A stretch of DNA of 64,000 bases from Octopus vulgaris. Lineage: Eukaryota. The DNA lies in NCBI GenBank assembly GCA_951406725.2, contig OX597821.1, positions 50,840,001 through 50,904,000 on the forward strand, read 5' to 3'. The notes under the pieces were generated by a model. The model saw only the letters and a program-made list of their open reading frames with translations. It did no database searches and was not told the origin of the DNA. A program made the translations under genes and the position numbers. Below are positions 1-13,320 of the stretch, piece after piece (within the stretch, counting starts at the first letter, position 1; every line of letters starts with the position of its first letter).

Positions 1-421
1 GAGGAAATTATTGTAGGTTTTTTTAAAAATAAAGGGTCCAACTGAAAATATGTTCGGAACTGATACATTTTGTCTTTCCAACTTTTAGATTTTGATAAAA
101 CTTATCCACGAACTAACAACTTTACTAATTTTTCCATGTTTCAAAAGTTGTCTATATTTATGCCTGGAGACATAACCTTATATAAATACACGAAGATAAT
201 TTATTTATTCTCAGATAAGCCATAAATTCTTTTAAAATATTAGATTTTGCTGTCACCTACATCACACCTACACTACTTGACACATATTCTTGTACTATCG
301 TCACGTACAGACATAATAAGAATTTGAAGTGATTTCTATCTAACTCTAATTCTCCTATAATTTAATTTTTGATACACGCACCTACACTCACACTCACATA
401 TATACATGTCCTTGTGGATAC

Positions 422-485
<64 letters not shown>

Positions 486-500
486 ATGTATGTAATAATG

Positions 501-571
<71 letters not shown>

Positions 572-1124
572 CCCTGATGCAGTACCAGGCAGTGGCTCTC
601 ATGGCTTCTGATCTTAACTGATTGGAAGTGTTATCATGTACATTGTTTTGTCTTGGTATAAAAGATGGGCTACAGCAAATATTCTGCTCAATACCACAGA
701 TTTGCTTGTCAGTTGTTTGACCTTAACCAGTTGAGCATGTCCCCTAGTGGCTGACGATATGTGCATCTCTGATCACGAGCAGAAGTAGTGGGGGAGCATC
801 ATAGCCATGTGTTGAGAAGGATTCTTTGGGGTTTGAATAATTCACCTCTGGAAACATGGGTGTTTCGTTCAACGTCCTTAAACAACCCTTATTCAGGGAC
901 CTTTTGAGCGGGATGGGTTACTCGATCTGAAGAAAATTCTAACTGGGCTCCACCTGCAAGGTCATGTGCTGTTTATCTTGATATGAGATCACCATGTCGC
1001 GCACATATGGTTGTGATGCATGTGCCTGGTGTACCCTTATCAGACGGGTAGTCATGATGGATATACTGGGCTTCGTATATTTTACCCCAGTGTCACTTTG
1101 ATGGCATGCTCTGCTCGCTCACTC
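572..1124. mobile_element. Unclassified ~550-bp interspersed element embedded in a (TAA)n array
   Basis: Complex, higher-GC sequence with (TAA)n directly on both sides (495-571 and 1125-1153); no recognisable coding motif. Confidence 0.5.
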
Positions 1125-2374
1125 AATAATAATAATAATAATAATCATAATAATATTGCTGTTTGATGGCACATTACTGTTATTGCGGATATCAGGTCTG
1201 GGTATCACCACGGCCTCATAGATGACCCCTTCGGCCTCGCATCGGTCTCCTACTGGATGCATACGATTGAATATATTCACTGCTATGTTACTCTGGTGTT
1301 GTACGCATTTTTGAGGGCATTCTGGGGTGAATCCATGATATATAAACATGGAACTGAGTGTGTATGTGTTTTACTTTGTGTTTTCGGTACGTATTACAGT
1401 TTTATGTTTATGCATTTAATTAGCGATCTTACTCATGAGCTACGGATGATTAAATAGTCAATTAATTCTCTTATTAGTTGATTTATTTGGTCAGTAATAG
1501 CAAAACTTGTATGTAAAAGGTTTACTATATTTTCTCTTCGTGTATGTTTCATACATTATTATATTTAAAGAAATTTATGTCTTTTGACTCTTATAACGCG
1601 TACTAGCCACTGGTAAATAATTATTTAACAAGTTTTACCTTTATAACCACACACACACACACATACACACATACACACCCATACACACGTTTATATGCAT
1701 TTACAACTTTGTTTCCATTGAAAATGGCTTCACTTTCACTGTATATAATTTAAGAAATATGGCCGTAGCACTAATTATCATTCGAGGTTCGTGATGTGAA
1801 CATTTACATTTCCCCCTATGATTGATGAACGAAAGACAATAAGTGCTGTGTTATTAGTTTATGCAAATGTAACAAAATAGGAAATGTAATTGTCACACTT
1901 AGATACCTGTCCAATAATAATAATAGTCATTGTTACGCCGAAATTCTTGTTTCTTAGTTTAAAACGATATGAATAAAATAGAACACTTTTAACGCAATAA
2001 ATATAGATGTAAATATATGTCTCGAATATTTGGATACAAAATATATAATCTACTGTCAGTTTTTAGGAAGTTACTTATAGAATCAATTGATGACGTTGGG
2101 AGCCATAAAACAGAAGTTGAAACCCCAATGAGTTCCTTGTAAAAGGCAAGGTATATTCCTATTTGAATAGCTTCATATAGAATTGTTAATAAAAAAAGTA
2201 CTTAGCTGACTTGAAAAGAGAGGTTTAATAGCGATTAGTGGAGGATAGGAGATAAAAAAAACAAACAACCAAAACCTCACAGAACTTCAGCTTCTAATAA
2301 CTGAGTGCAGTAATGCACTTTAAATCTAAAGTGGGACTGATTTGATCTTGAAAAATATGTTGATGTAAAATTTT

Positions 2375-2575
2375 GGCACAACGCCAGCAATTTCGGGGTA
2401 GGAGGCAAGTCGATGTCATCGACACCGGTGTTCAACCGGTACTTATTTCATCGATTCCAGAAGGATGAAAGACAAAGTCGACCTCGGCGGAATTTGAACT
2501 CTGAAAGTAAAGACAGGCGGAATGCTGCTAAGCATTTTGCCTGCTGTGCTAACGATTCTGTCAGCTCGCCACCCT
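2375..2575 (-). mobile_element. tRNA-derived SINE, Meta-like domain (degenerate)
   Basis: Reverse complement of gagttcaaattccgccgaggtcgactttg-ctttcatcctt core shared with the 31677 copy. Confidence 0.8.
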
Positions 2576-2914
2576 CGAACTCAGAAACATATTGGCGTGT
2601 TTACTTGATCGTTCGTCCTGTGTTCAAATTTCCCTGCCATCTTAAAAGTACAAAATAGATAGTGTTCTGTGAGATCTACCACGGTGGTCTGTCTGGAATG
2701 CCTTTTTTTTAATCATAAATTTTCCCGATGAAGGTCATCTACCGGTCAAGCAAAAGCAACAAAAAAAAATTGGGATAGCTTTTGAGTCGAAAATTTCCCT
2801 GTACAAATTTAACTTGAAATTTTGATATTGAAAAAGAAACTACCAGTATACTGAGACTGTATGACTGATTATATCACATTAATTTTTGTATCCGTTTGAG
2901 TATATCGACTTGAA

Positions 2915-3280
2915 ATTTTGACACAAGACCAGTCATTTTGGTGTAGGGAGTAAGTCGATCACATCGACCCCAGTGCTCAACCAGTACTTATTTTATCGAA
3001 CCCGAAAAGACATCGGTGGAATCTGAACTCAGAACTTAAAGGGCTGGACAAAATGACACGCTTTGTCTGTTTCATCAACGATTTTGCCAGCTCACCGTCC
3101 TCTTAATAATAATACTTATTTCTACTATAGGCACAAAGCCTGAAACTTAGTGGGAGGAGGCTAATCGATTATATCGGCCCCAGTGCTCATCTAGTACTTA
3201 TTGCCCCCGAAAGGATGATAGGCAAAGTTGACCTCGGCGGAATTTGAACTCAGAATATAGCGGTAGATGAAATGCTGCTC
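2915..3280 (-). mobile_element. Two degenerate Meta-like SINE copies
   Basis: Motifs cgaccccagtgctcaaccagtactt and aaggatgataggcaaagttgacctcggcggaatttgaactc. Confidence 0.7.
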
Positions 3281-4292
3281 GCCTCCTTTCGTGCATTTGA
3301 ATATATATTTCCTGAAGAATGTGAGTTTCGTCTACCAACATCTATCTAGCAGTTGTCTTCCAAGTGATTTTCCAGAGGGTACTTTTGCAACATCTGTTAG
3401 GTGATGTGTTTTAGAGGAGATTTTTCACAACATTCACTCTAGAGCTCATTTAATGATGGTAGCGGTGCTGTTCGTTTACGTTCCAGATGAGACGATTCCA
3501 GAATGATATCCTATCATCCTAGGAGTTTTTAAAAACTTGATGGTATGTACTTTCATGTTACGACATAAAAATTTACGGACTTAACACAAACTTGTAATTT
3601 CTTAGGATAGAAAAATGTTTTGAATTACGTATTTAAGTTGGTGTTTACATGTAATTAATTCATCATATGAGTGTCTCTCGTCTGAAGTTCCCGTATATTT
3701 TGGATAGTTTATTATTATATCGCGGCTGATGCTCCGTCAATTAATGATTCACTTTCTGTCAGATAGTATTATTCAATTGTCAGATAATTTTCTAGCAGTG
3801 TGCCAATGTTCTTTTAGAAAGATAGAATCCATTTCGGTTGTCACTTATAATTCAAATCGATCTGTCTCTGCCATGTATAGGCAAATGGCAATTCCAACAT
3901 AATACAGCAGGAATTCCATGTCTAAACTCTGGGAGCTTCAGATTGTGCTAGGTATTATTTAGCAACTTAAATCGATCACATATAACATCAAGTCAATAGG
4001 TTTTCTATTGATTAATGTCATAATCTTTCTTCTATTCAGTGGCTTGTCAATGTAAATAATGAAGTTCCCCTTAAATCTTATTGTGATTTGTGTTTTGAGC
4101 TGTTAGTTCGAAAGCAGCTACATCTTCCTGTAATGTCTGTAATGCTATTTTAGTGTTCTTGTCATTATTCTCTTTTGGCCGTAGGTCATGTGTTTAGTAA
4201 TTTTTTTCGAGAGCAAAATCAACAGGGTTATCGAATTTGCTATTTGCTATGCATTTTCGACGATCAATTTTGCTACGATGAGCAGTATCATT

Positions 4293-4495
4293 TATCTTTT
4301 ATCTTTTACTTGTTTCAGTCATTTAACTGCAACTACGCTGGGGCACAGCATTGGAAAGGGTTTTAGTCGAACTACTCGACCCCAGGACTTCTTTTCTCAA
4401 GCCTTGGTACTTATTCTATCGGTCTCTGTTTGAAAACACACCAACACTGGTTGTCTTGTCAAGTGGTGGTGGGGACAGAGACACAGAGACACAAA
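4293..4495 (-). mobile_element. 3' part of microsatellite-containing tRNA SINE
   Basis: ttttacttgtttcagtcatt...gtacttattctatcggtctc...ttgtcaag motif, recurring at 9685, 18185, 20980, 23300, 24920, 28305 and 32060. Confidence 0.75.
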
Positions 4496-4550
4496 TATAT
4501 GAATATATATACATATATACACATACAATAATAATGATAATAATAATAAC

Positions 4551-4617
<67 letters not shown>

Positions 4618-4734
4618 TATATATATATATATATTCTCCGATTTAAAGCGACATCTATATGTAACATGATGAGTGAAAAATGTTGAGCTAACCCTAGCTA
4701 GAATCGAATCCACATATCAACGCTTATATGGCTA

Positions 4735-5444
4735 CATGTGCACTAAGTTTTAACCTTCTAGTTCACTTCAGCTGTTTACAGCAATACTTAGAAGTGACGT
4801 GTATAGCGTGTGTACGTCGTATTGACCATGGCAGAGAAAGTTGAGCAGAGAATCTGCATCAAATTTTGGCGATGCCTCATCATCAAGGATATTTTGTGCA
4901 ACTGAAACCCGACTGTCTTTTTGCTCAGCTGAAAACAGTTTTGGCACAAAGTTGGCAGATACACGTCTCATACCCAAATCTTCAGTGATAACGGAACTGA
5001 ACCGTAACTAATCTGCACATGGGTGATAATTCGACGATTTTCTCTCACAGCTGCACGCACATCTGCGATGTTGTTCTCAGTTACAGGTCTCTCAGAACGT
5101 TCGTCACTATCGACACTTTTTCAACCATCTTGGAAACGCCTCAACCACTCGTACACTTGTGCACGGCTCATACACTCCACTCCATACACTTTTTGCAACT
5201 TTGCATAGGCCACTGAGCAGGTATCGCCATGATAATTTTCTCTGTCCTTTTGAATGCGACGATCACACGTTATACACGTTACTTTGAAGCACTGCTGTAA
5301 ACAGCGGATATGAGCTAGAACATTAAAACTTAGTGCACATGCACAACAAAGATCAAGTTCACTCTGTGCCAAGTGGCTTTACTCTCCGTGCTTTAGCATC
5401 GTTGCCACAGGCACAATACCGGTACTTATTGATCAGATCACGTA
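4735..5444 (-). mobile_element. Decayed mariner element: N-terminal transposase on minus strand plus an inverted second 5' end
   Basis: Minus strand AYAKLQKVYGVECMSRAQVYEWLRRFQDG and MGMRRVSANFVPKLFSAEQKDSRVSVAQ; TIR-like tacgtgatctgatcaataagtaccgg at ~5444; plus strand MAEKVEQRICIKF at 4828. Confidence 0.85.
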
Positions 5445-5445
5445 C

Positions 5446-5575
5446 GACGGTTTTTTTTTCAGTTTTCGTCTACCAAATCCTCTCACATTGCTTTGGTTAG
5501 CCCGAGGTTATAGTAGAAGATACTTACCCAAGGTGCTACGCAGTGGGATTGAACCCGAGCCATGTGGTTGGGAAG
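5446..5575 (-). mobile_element. tRNA head and CORE-like region of SINE
   Basis: Reverse complement reads ccaaccacatggctcgggttcaatcccactgcgtagcaccttgggtaagt (B-box plus CORE-like); similar at 21265-21390. Confidence 0.75.
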
Positions 5576-5970
5576 TATATATTTTCAATGAGTTACTTCT
5601 CACGAAAATGCGAAGCTGATATATTTTACACAGCCAAGATATTTCTACAGATTCTTGTGACCGAACGAAAGATAATAATCCTTAGCCGTTATGTCTGAAT
5701 AGTACAGTTTTTAATTTAATTCCAATCGAATGTCTTTCGATAGTTCTGCTCCATGTTCTGCTTCGTTATCAGACTTTGGTTTCTTCTCTTACCCTATAGA
5801 ACTTCAAGCTAGTCATGAAGAAAGGAATAAGAATTTTGGTTGAATTAATAAAGTTACATGAACTTGTGGGTATGTGAAACAGTAGCTGCAGGGATGAAGC
5901 TGCGTGTGTGGATATACTTGCACTTCTTTAATAGGTGTTCACATAATTTTAGTACACGTGTGTACAAGAT

Positions 5971-6095
5971 TATGTATGTATGTATGTATGTATGTATGTA
6001 TGTATGTATGTATGTATGTATGTATGTATGTGTTTATGTATGTATGCATGCATGTATACATGTATGTATGTATGTATGTATGTAATATGTATGTA
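5971..6095. repeat. (TATG)n microsatellite
   Basis: Direct reading. Confidence 0.95.
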
Positions 6096-6099
6096 TGGA

Positions 6100-6560
6100 T
6101 GCATGTGTGCAGATTTGTGTTTTGTTTTATGTATATATGTTCATACATAAAGTTGTCTAGACGTGCTCATATATATTTAAATGATAGACTTATTGGAAGA
6201 TTTTTAAAGTTCCAGTGATGGCTTGGATCTGTAGTTTTCGAATCAACTTCCTTCTTTCTGATTTTGAGAATCTTAACTTCTCAAGATTGGTATTTAGGTA
6301 GTGTGTTACATATCCCGTTTCCCAATGATTACAGGTATAATTCTGAACTTGCATTCTGGATAGAGTAGCTGTAGATTTCTCAATAGTTCAGCACTGGTAT
6401 TTTCTATGTATGTATGTCATTGTTCAGTTTTATTTCAAGATTTTTATCCAATAGAGAAAGAACCGGTTTCTGACTTAAGGCTCCTTCACTGAAATTTCAA
6501 CATCAACAGGAAGGTATTTTTGTTTGTATGCATGTATGAATATGTGCAGATTTGTTTGCA
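6100..6560 (-). mobile_element. Two tandem 3' fragments of an RLE non-LTR retrotransposon (CATA-associated family)
   Basis: 6180-6400 is homologous to the RLE C-terminus at 19970-20190; 6418-6560 is homologous to the 3' UTR at 19681-19830; bounded by (TATG)n. Confidence 0.75.
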
Positions 6561-6650
6561 TGTATGTATGTACGTATGTATGTATGTATGTATGTATGTA
6601 TGTATGTATGTATGTATGTATGTATGTATGTATGTATGTATGTATGTATG

Positions 6651-6704
<54 letters not shown>

Positions 6705-7140
6705 TGTGTATGCATGCGTATGTCATATGTGTATATATAATTGGGTATATATGTGCATTCCAAGAAATATGAAGAATCTTACAGATATTTCTAAAACTTC
6801 CACCGTATCATAAATCGTTTACATTTGGAAATTGTTACTTTGATCAGTCCTTAGCACTTCCAGGTTTCTATACCAATCTTTTGTCACATAATCAGGTGTA
6901 CATATGACACTAAGGAAAATTATAAACTGTATCTTGGATATGTATGGATGTACGGTTGAATGAATAATTGAATGGACATAATCATGAGTATATATGCATG
7001 ATTGTGTGTTTATTACTTTTCTTTTAGAGTTTATTGAATTCTAATAGAGAAAGATCAAAATTATGATAGGGAAACGAAATTCATCTCTATAAGAAGTTTA
7101 TGTAAGTATATCCAGTATCTATATATTGATACGCTAAGGC

Positions 7141-7322
7141 ATATTATGCACCCAACACCAGAGCTGAAGACACCTCCGAAAGGGGGGCCCCGCCACTTCA
7201 AAACGGTAGAGGAGTAGGAACCGAAACCGGACGTGGTTCCTCCTGATGATGTCTTGAGCTAACTGGATCCTATAAAGGAGCTGTTGTGGTAGCAGACCAC
7301 GAAACACGGTTGTAATTCCTCC
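7141..7322. mobile_element. 182-bp insertion flanked by a 15-bp direct repeat (TTGATACGCTAAGGC)
   Basis: Repeat at 7126-7140 and 7323-7337; interior is GC-richer and contains CTGATGA and hairpin-GAAAC. Confidence 0.6.
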
Positions 7323-7799
7323 TTGATACGCTAAGGCCAAATGTGATACGCTGTCACGTGGTTAGTTGAAGGTAGAGGTGGAAAGAAAGAGAGAGAGAGA
7401 GAGGGGAGGGAGAGAGATGAGTGTTAGCGATGAGAATTAGGGATTGATATTATTATAGTTGGAAGAGATAAAGAAGGAAGAGAAGAGAGAAATAAAATTT
7501 GCTAAGCGCAGGTGTGTGTGGTATAGTTGAAAGGAGAGGCAAACGGAAAGAAAAAGAGGCAGAGGGAGTGCGAGTGAGAGGGTCACTGAAGGAAACGTAG
7601 GAATGAAAAAAACTATAACAGCCAACATGAACCAAATGCTTCAGAAAATGTGTAATTGCATCTTACAATTTTTAAAGTAACCGTGGAATTTCCACGGGTA
7701 CCGCTAGTATATGTATAAGTATTACAAGAAAATTTAGATGAGAAAGGACCTGACCATTGAAACTATGATGGAGGCCTACAGTGTTGTTCTAGTAACTTT

Positions 7800-8180
7800 G
7801 CTGACTAACAATGTATTGTCAACTGTTAATAGCAAAATACTGTACATTCCCAGGCAGGAAAAAACCCCAGGCATTGAGATTCTCAATCATGTGGTGTTGC
7901 CAAGAATCGCTCTCTCTTATACAGATCTCATTGGTTCGGCCACATTGTGAGAATGGGCAACTAATGTCAAAATGGGCAGAAGGAGAGAAGTATTTGGTCG
8001 ATGAACAGCGCAATGTTTACAGTAACAGTTTTAAGAACCTTCTAAAAAAATTCCTTATTAATCCGAAATCCTGGTATACTTTGCTGCTGAAATATCTACG
8101 TGCGGTAGTCTCTTCAGGAAACTCGGTATAGAGTCTGAGCAAGCCAGGAGCAGATGAACTGAGCAGAAAAATAGGAAATA
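7800..8180 (+). mobile_element. Degenerate RTE (BovB-like) LINE 3' coding remnant
   Basis: Broken motifs RQEKTPGIEIL (~WQDKIPDTEVL), HWFGHIVRM, and Q.NVYSNSFKNLLKKFLINPKSW. Confidence 0.6.
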
Positions 8181-8952
8181 AAGTCCAGTGTCATGACCGT
8201 ATTCCCTAAAATAGGATTTGTCAGCCATTTTCGGACACATCCATGAATAATGTCCTCGTTATCACTTACGTAGATTAGCAAACGAATTTGTATGGATGTA
8301 TGTATAAGTGCATTTATGTGAATAAAAACATATGTCCAAACACGTTGTATACAATTTTTGAAGTTCGAATATCTAGCGAAGGAATTAGTCTCTGTAGCCG
8401 AGTTGGAGTAAATAACGTTTAGTGTAGTTAGAACAACCCCAATTATTTTAGTCTATAAATGCTACAAGTGGTTTATCTTGTGGGATTAATTAATGATTTT
8501 ACAGCGCATGATTTTACAGCGTACTTTCCACACACACACATAGGCAGCGACCGAACTACAACAGAATTACTATTTGGTTTTGCACCTATTTTTGCGGAAA
8601 ATAGCTTTAACATTCCATTAGCCAGATTTTAAAGTATATATTGTTGATATGAAAGCTCAATAAAAACTTCAACGAATTGAAATTAATGAATGTATTTTGG
8701 TGAGTAAAACTATGTAAAGGTAAATAATATATCATATATGGTTCTACTTATCAACTTGGCCACTTCTGCATCATAGAATTCGAGAACTAGCTTCAACGAA
8801 TACACATCATTCAGAAATAAAGAATATTGAAATCTATTATTCAACATACAAGATATTTTCGAGAAACAAAGACGAAAAAAAAGAAACAATAACAAACTAA
8901 TAAACAAAACATCTGTGTAAAAGAAATGGTAGTAAATCTAAAACAGTTAAAC

Positions 8953-8996
<44 letters not shown>

Positions 8997-9008
8997 ACTC
9001 GTATATGT

Positions 9009-9094
<86 letters not shown>

Positions 9095-9837
9095 ACATAC
9101 CCACACACGTGCATATTGTGCTAATGAATAATAGAGTGAATTTTAAGAATTCTATCTAGACTAGTGAATAATATCTAACGACGACAGTTTCTCTTTCTCC
9201 ATAATGCTATTCCGTTAGAAGGTTTTCTGAAGTAGATTTAAAATAATTTATATCAGCGTCACTTGATAGAAATATATTATGTTGAAGCAACTCCAGTGTA
9301 CTGACGTGACCAGCCTACGTACAAACCAGTGTTCAATAATTTAAACATACGCTTTGTAGTCAACTGAAATACACATAGCTTATCGTAAGTCTTCATTCGC
9401 TATTAATGGTTGGAACGTCTTCGGGCCAAAGACGCCGAACCTGCCTTTGTGGGATTCACACGTTTACGACTATAAAATAAAGACACATCTATTGCTTCAG
9501 GCGCCCTGAAGGTGTAGTGTAGGCAGGAGGAGTTGAAATATTTGGTACCCTGCATAGATGAGTCGATAGAAAAAGCGTGAAGAAGAAAGTAATTGAATGT
9601 AATTGAGAAAATGCGATGGGTATTTATCATTATCTCTCTCTTAAATACACACACACACACAAACACACACACATTTTTAAAATTCTTTTATTTGTTTCAG
9701 TCATTTGATTGCGGCCATGCTGGAGCACCACTTTTAGTCGAAAAAATCGAACCTACAGGACTAATTCTTTTGAAAGCCTAGTACTTATTCTGTCGGTATC
9801 TTTTGGAAATGTGATGTAAGCATTTGATGTTCTAGAT

Positions 9838-10027
9838 TCGTGCTCCGCAACCTTTTTTCACTTGCGGTACACTTATATTCTTTTCAAAATTCGGCGGCAC
9901 ACCTGAACTAAAATTATAACTAAAAGCATAGGAAAAAAAAAGAATTATATTCAGGTTACACTGCGGCACACCTAGCATCGTGTCGTTGCACATCAGTGTG
10001 CCGCGGCATACCGGTTGTATGGCACTG
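9838..10027. mobile_element. hAT (Charlie/Buster-like) MITE
   Basis: Termini (tc)gtgctccgcaacc...ggttgtatggcactg; perfect 8-bp TSD TTCTAGAT at 9830-9837 and 10028-10035. Confidence 0.85.
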
Positions 10028-10035
10028 TTCTAGAT

Positions 10036-10260
10036 GGTTCTTAAGGCTCTTCAATTGAAGCCATCAATATCTTTGCTAAGGTCTTCGAGAGGGGCCACGT
10101 TTTTGCTCCATAGAGGAGAATGGAGAGGACCGATGTATTGTAGTTACGGAGCTTCATCTTCCAGGAGATATAGCAGTGGATCTAGCGGGGCTTCCATAAA
10201 GAATACAAGACCCTAGCGGACAGTCCATATGTGTGGTTGATCTTCGGGGTGAGATGCTGT
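10036..10260 (-). mobile_element. RTE-clade LINE fragment (post-RT region)
   Basis: Minus strand ISWKMKLRNYNTSVLSILLYGAKTWPLSKTLAK, matching the RTE TKLR.YN..VLS.LLYG.ETW motif. Confidence 0.8.
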
Positions 10261-11271
10261 ACAATCAATTGTGATTTTATCTAAAGGCCTTTTATTATCG
10301 GTGATTCATTTACTTAGTTTTATATCATTTAATTTTTTACTTTCGATTCTTTGTATAAGTTATCATATTGTTTATATGAAATGAGTTCTTCATTGTATGT
10401 AGTTGCGTACCTATTTTATATGTTTTCTATCTTGAAGGAGGAACTATGTATTATCTACCGACGTTTACGTTTACTCTCACCCATAGCGTACCAATGTTTC
10501 CTTTCTATATCTAGGCTTTGTTTTATGAAGCTTACCTCATAAATGTTCAGTTCAGCGTGGCATACACAATTTGAGAGCATGAGTATTTATCTCTGTATGG
10601 ACAAAATATTGAATATGTATTGATTAAAGGCTAGTAATGACGAAATATATTAGGTTTTCATATTTAACGAGAATTTAAATATATGTTTATAAGTGGCAGA
10701 TGTTTAAGAGTACGTTTAATCGTAATATAATTCTCAAGCTCACTCAGCATAATCAGAACGCTAAAATGCAGATCAAGAAATGTTTTACACTCCATTTTCT
10801 TGCTGAACCGACACATTTTTGTTTGAATTGCTTCTGATTTATATGTTGCATATTTATTTAGAATTACAAGAAAATGTATAAATATAAAGGCTAAAGGTAA
10901 TTTCAAATTACCAGTTAACACAGTCTTAAAAATTTCACACTTCATAGAAATCTCGAAATTTTCAACTTCAGACATATATCTTCCTTAGAACAAATAATTA
11001 GGTACAAAAATAATTACAAACAAAAATAATTACATCCAAAGAACATTACATAAAATGTAGTTTATTTATGTTTTTCCAAAAATGCTTCTACTTATTCAGT
11101 AATCAGGCGTTCAGCAAGTTCTGCTGGCGTGCGCACAGCCGGAACTTATAATAACGATTGCCCAAAGTGTTTAAAGATTTGAACTAATTGGTAGATGCAG
11201 TGACAACTAAAATTTATGGATTTACCCCGCAATAAAGTTTACACACTAACACGCGCGCGCGTCGCGCGTGT

Positions 11272-11540
11272 GTGAAGGAGTGTGCGTTAGTTGTTAGGGT
11301 ATTCGGCTTACGATCGTGAGTTCGAATCCCAACGGCGCGTTGTGTTCTTGAGCAAGACACTATTTCGCATTGTTCCAGTCCACTCAGCTGAGTTGAACTG
11401 TAATGACCAGAGCTGTCAAATTTTGTGTCACGCTGAAGGTATGTGTGTCTGTGTCACGCCGAAGGTATGAGTGTCTGTGTCACGTTAAGATATGAGTGTC
11501 TGTGGAATGCTCTGGCACATACACGTTAATTTCCCAGTTG
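11272..11540 (+). mobile_element. Degenerate tRNA-derived SINE with internal ~26-bp tandem repeat
   Basis: gtgaagg...gttcgaatccc head; ttgagcaagacac core; gtgtcacg unit x3 at 11425-11500. Confidence 0.7.
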
Positions 11541-11842
11541 TATATGTTCATTTTGGGAGAAGTGAATCTCGAAACTATGAAAAGTAGCATATAATTATCA
11601 GGTTAACACTTCTTGAATGGAAATAATACCAAAGCACCTGGCGGGACACGAACCCATATCTCATGTAGTTATAACAGTTGTACTACCGTGGTACCAAAGC
11701 AATCCTCCGAATTTCTCTATCCGTTTTAGAAATTTTATTCGTACCATTGACAATTGTAAGTTGTTTACATTATAGGAATTTAGAAACTTTGACAACTAGA
11801 AACAATTCTGCTATTCTCCTTTCTGGAGATGAGCCAAGAAAG

Positions 11843-11915
<73 letters not shown>

Positions 11916-12399
11916 GGAAAGAGAGATTATAGAAAGATTAACTGAGGCAAATAAATGAAAGTTTGCCGTTCTGTACATCACACTAACAATCCTGCTTAAC
12001 TTCAACTCTACTACAACATAAAATCTCTCTAATCCTCTTAGCTGACTCATCACTGATTTACTCCAACGTGAGCTCACATACGGGATCTTTTTGTTCTTGT
12101 ATTATTCAGGGTTGAATCTAATTCTCCGTCCAAAAATTTGCTAAAGACTCGTTGCAATATAACAATGCTGAATCAAGTCATGTAAAGGTCGATGCATAGA
12201 CATAACGCTACCCGGTAAAATATAAATTCACCTAAGCGTGTTATCTAATCTCTGTCTGAGAATGCACAATGACTTCGCAGGCAGTGGGTACACTATATGT
12301 GCACACGTACACACACACACACAAGTATTTATAAATATATTATATATATATATATATGTGTGTGTGTTTACAAATATGTATGTTATATATAAATATATA

Positions 12400-12461
<62 letters not shown>

Positions 12462-12559
12462 TATGTTATATATATATATATATATATGTTATATATATAT
12501 ATACGTACATATATATACTCACACACACACACACACACACACATATACAAATATGTGAC

Positions 12560-12700
12560 CGCGTGTGTATCGTTGGCGTCTTTCTTTCTCCGTCTTCCCT
12601 TCCTTGGATCTTTCCTTTTTCTATGTTTCTGACGAAGAGCTCCGCTCGAAATGTTAAATCCTCCTTTCTTTCCTTTCCTCTCCCGAGCGTCCTGAATAAG
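12560..12700 (+). repeat. Penelope-type terminal repeat fragment with minimal hammerhead motif
   Basis: gttt-CTGACGA-A-gagc/tcc/gctc-GAAA-tg-tt-aaat at 12625-12660. Confidence 0.6.
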
Positions 12701-12926
12701 ACACTCGAATTTACCAAGCGAAAAATTACCAGAGCCCAACAACTTATTGCTAACTCGGGTATCATTAACTTTCGCTGTGGTTAGCCGGCATACAAAACCG
12801 TTTTAAGAGGAAACACACGTTAACTACCAGGATTATATACCCTTTTGAAATCAGTTTTGGAAATATATATATATATATATAGATGGTTGTGATGAAGCAA
12901 ACTTCTTACCACACAGGCAGGCCCGC

Positions 12927-13011
<85 letters not shown>

Positions 13012-13150
13012 TAGATGAATGAATTATCCTAGTATGGATAATTCTGTTAATCGATACCTGGGTAGCAAATTCACTTCAGTAAAACACGGTTGAAGTTACA
13101 TACCAAGGGCTGAACCCCGTGTTCGTGTGTGGAAATTTGTGTGTTTTTTT

Positions 13151-13320
13151 TATACGAATAAATGAAAAGAATGGAGTCGAACGAAGATTTTATCAAAATT
13201 CCTTTACTTTCGACATATGTTTCGAAGACTGCATATTCTTAAGAATATGCAGTCTTCGAAACATGTCAAAAGTAAAGGAATTTTGATAAAATCTTCGTTC
13301 GACTCCATTCTTTTCATTTA

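Noticed and set aside
3300-4170. Possible old LINE endonuclease on minus strand (GNFIIYID)
   Set aside because: Single weak motif; cannot be supported
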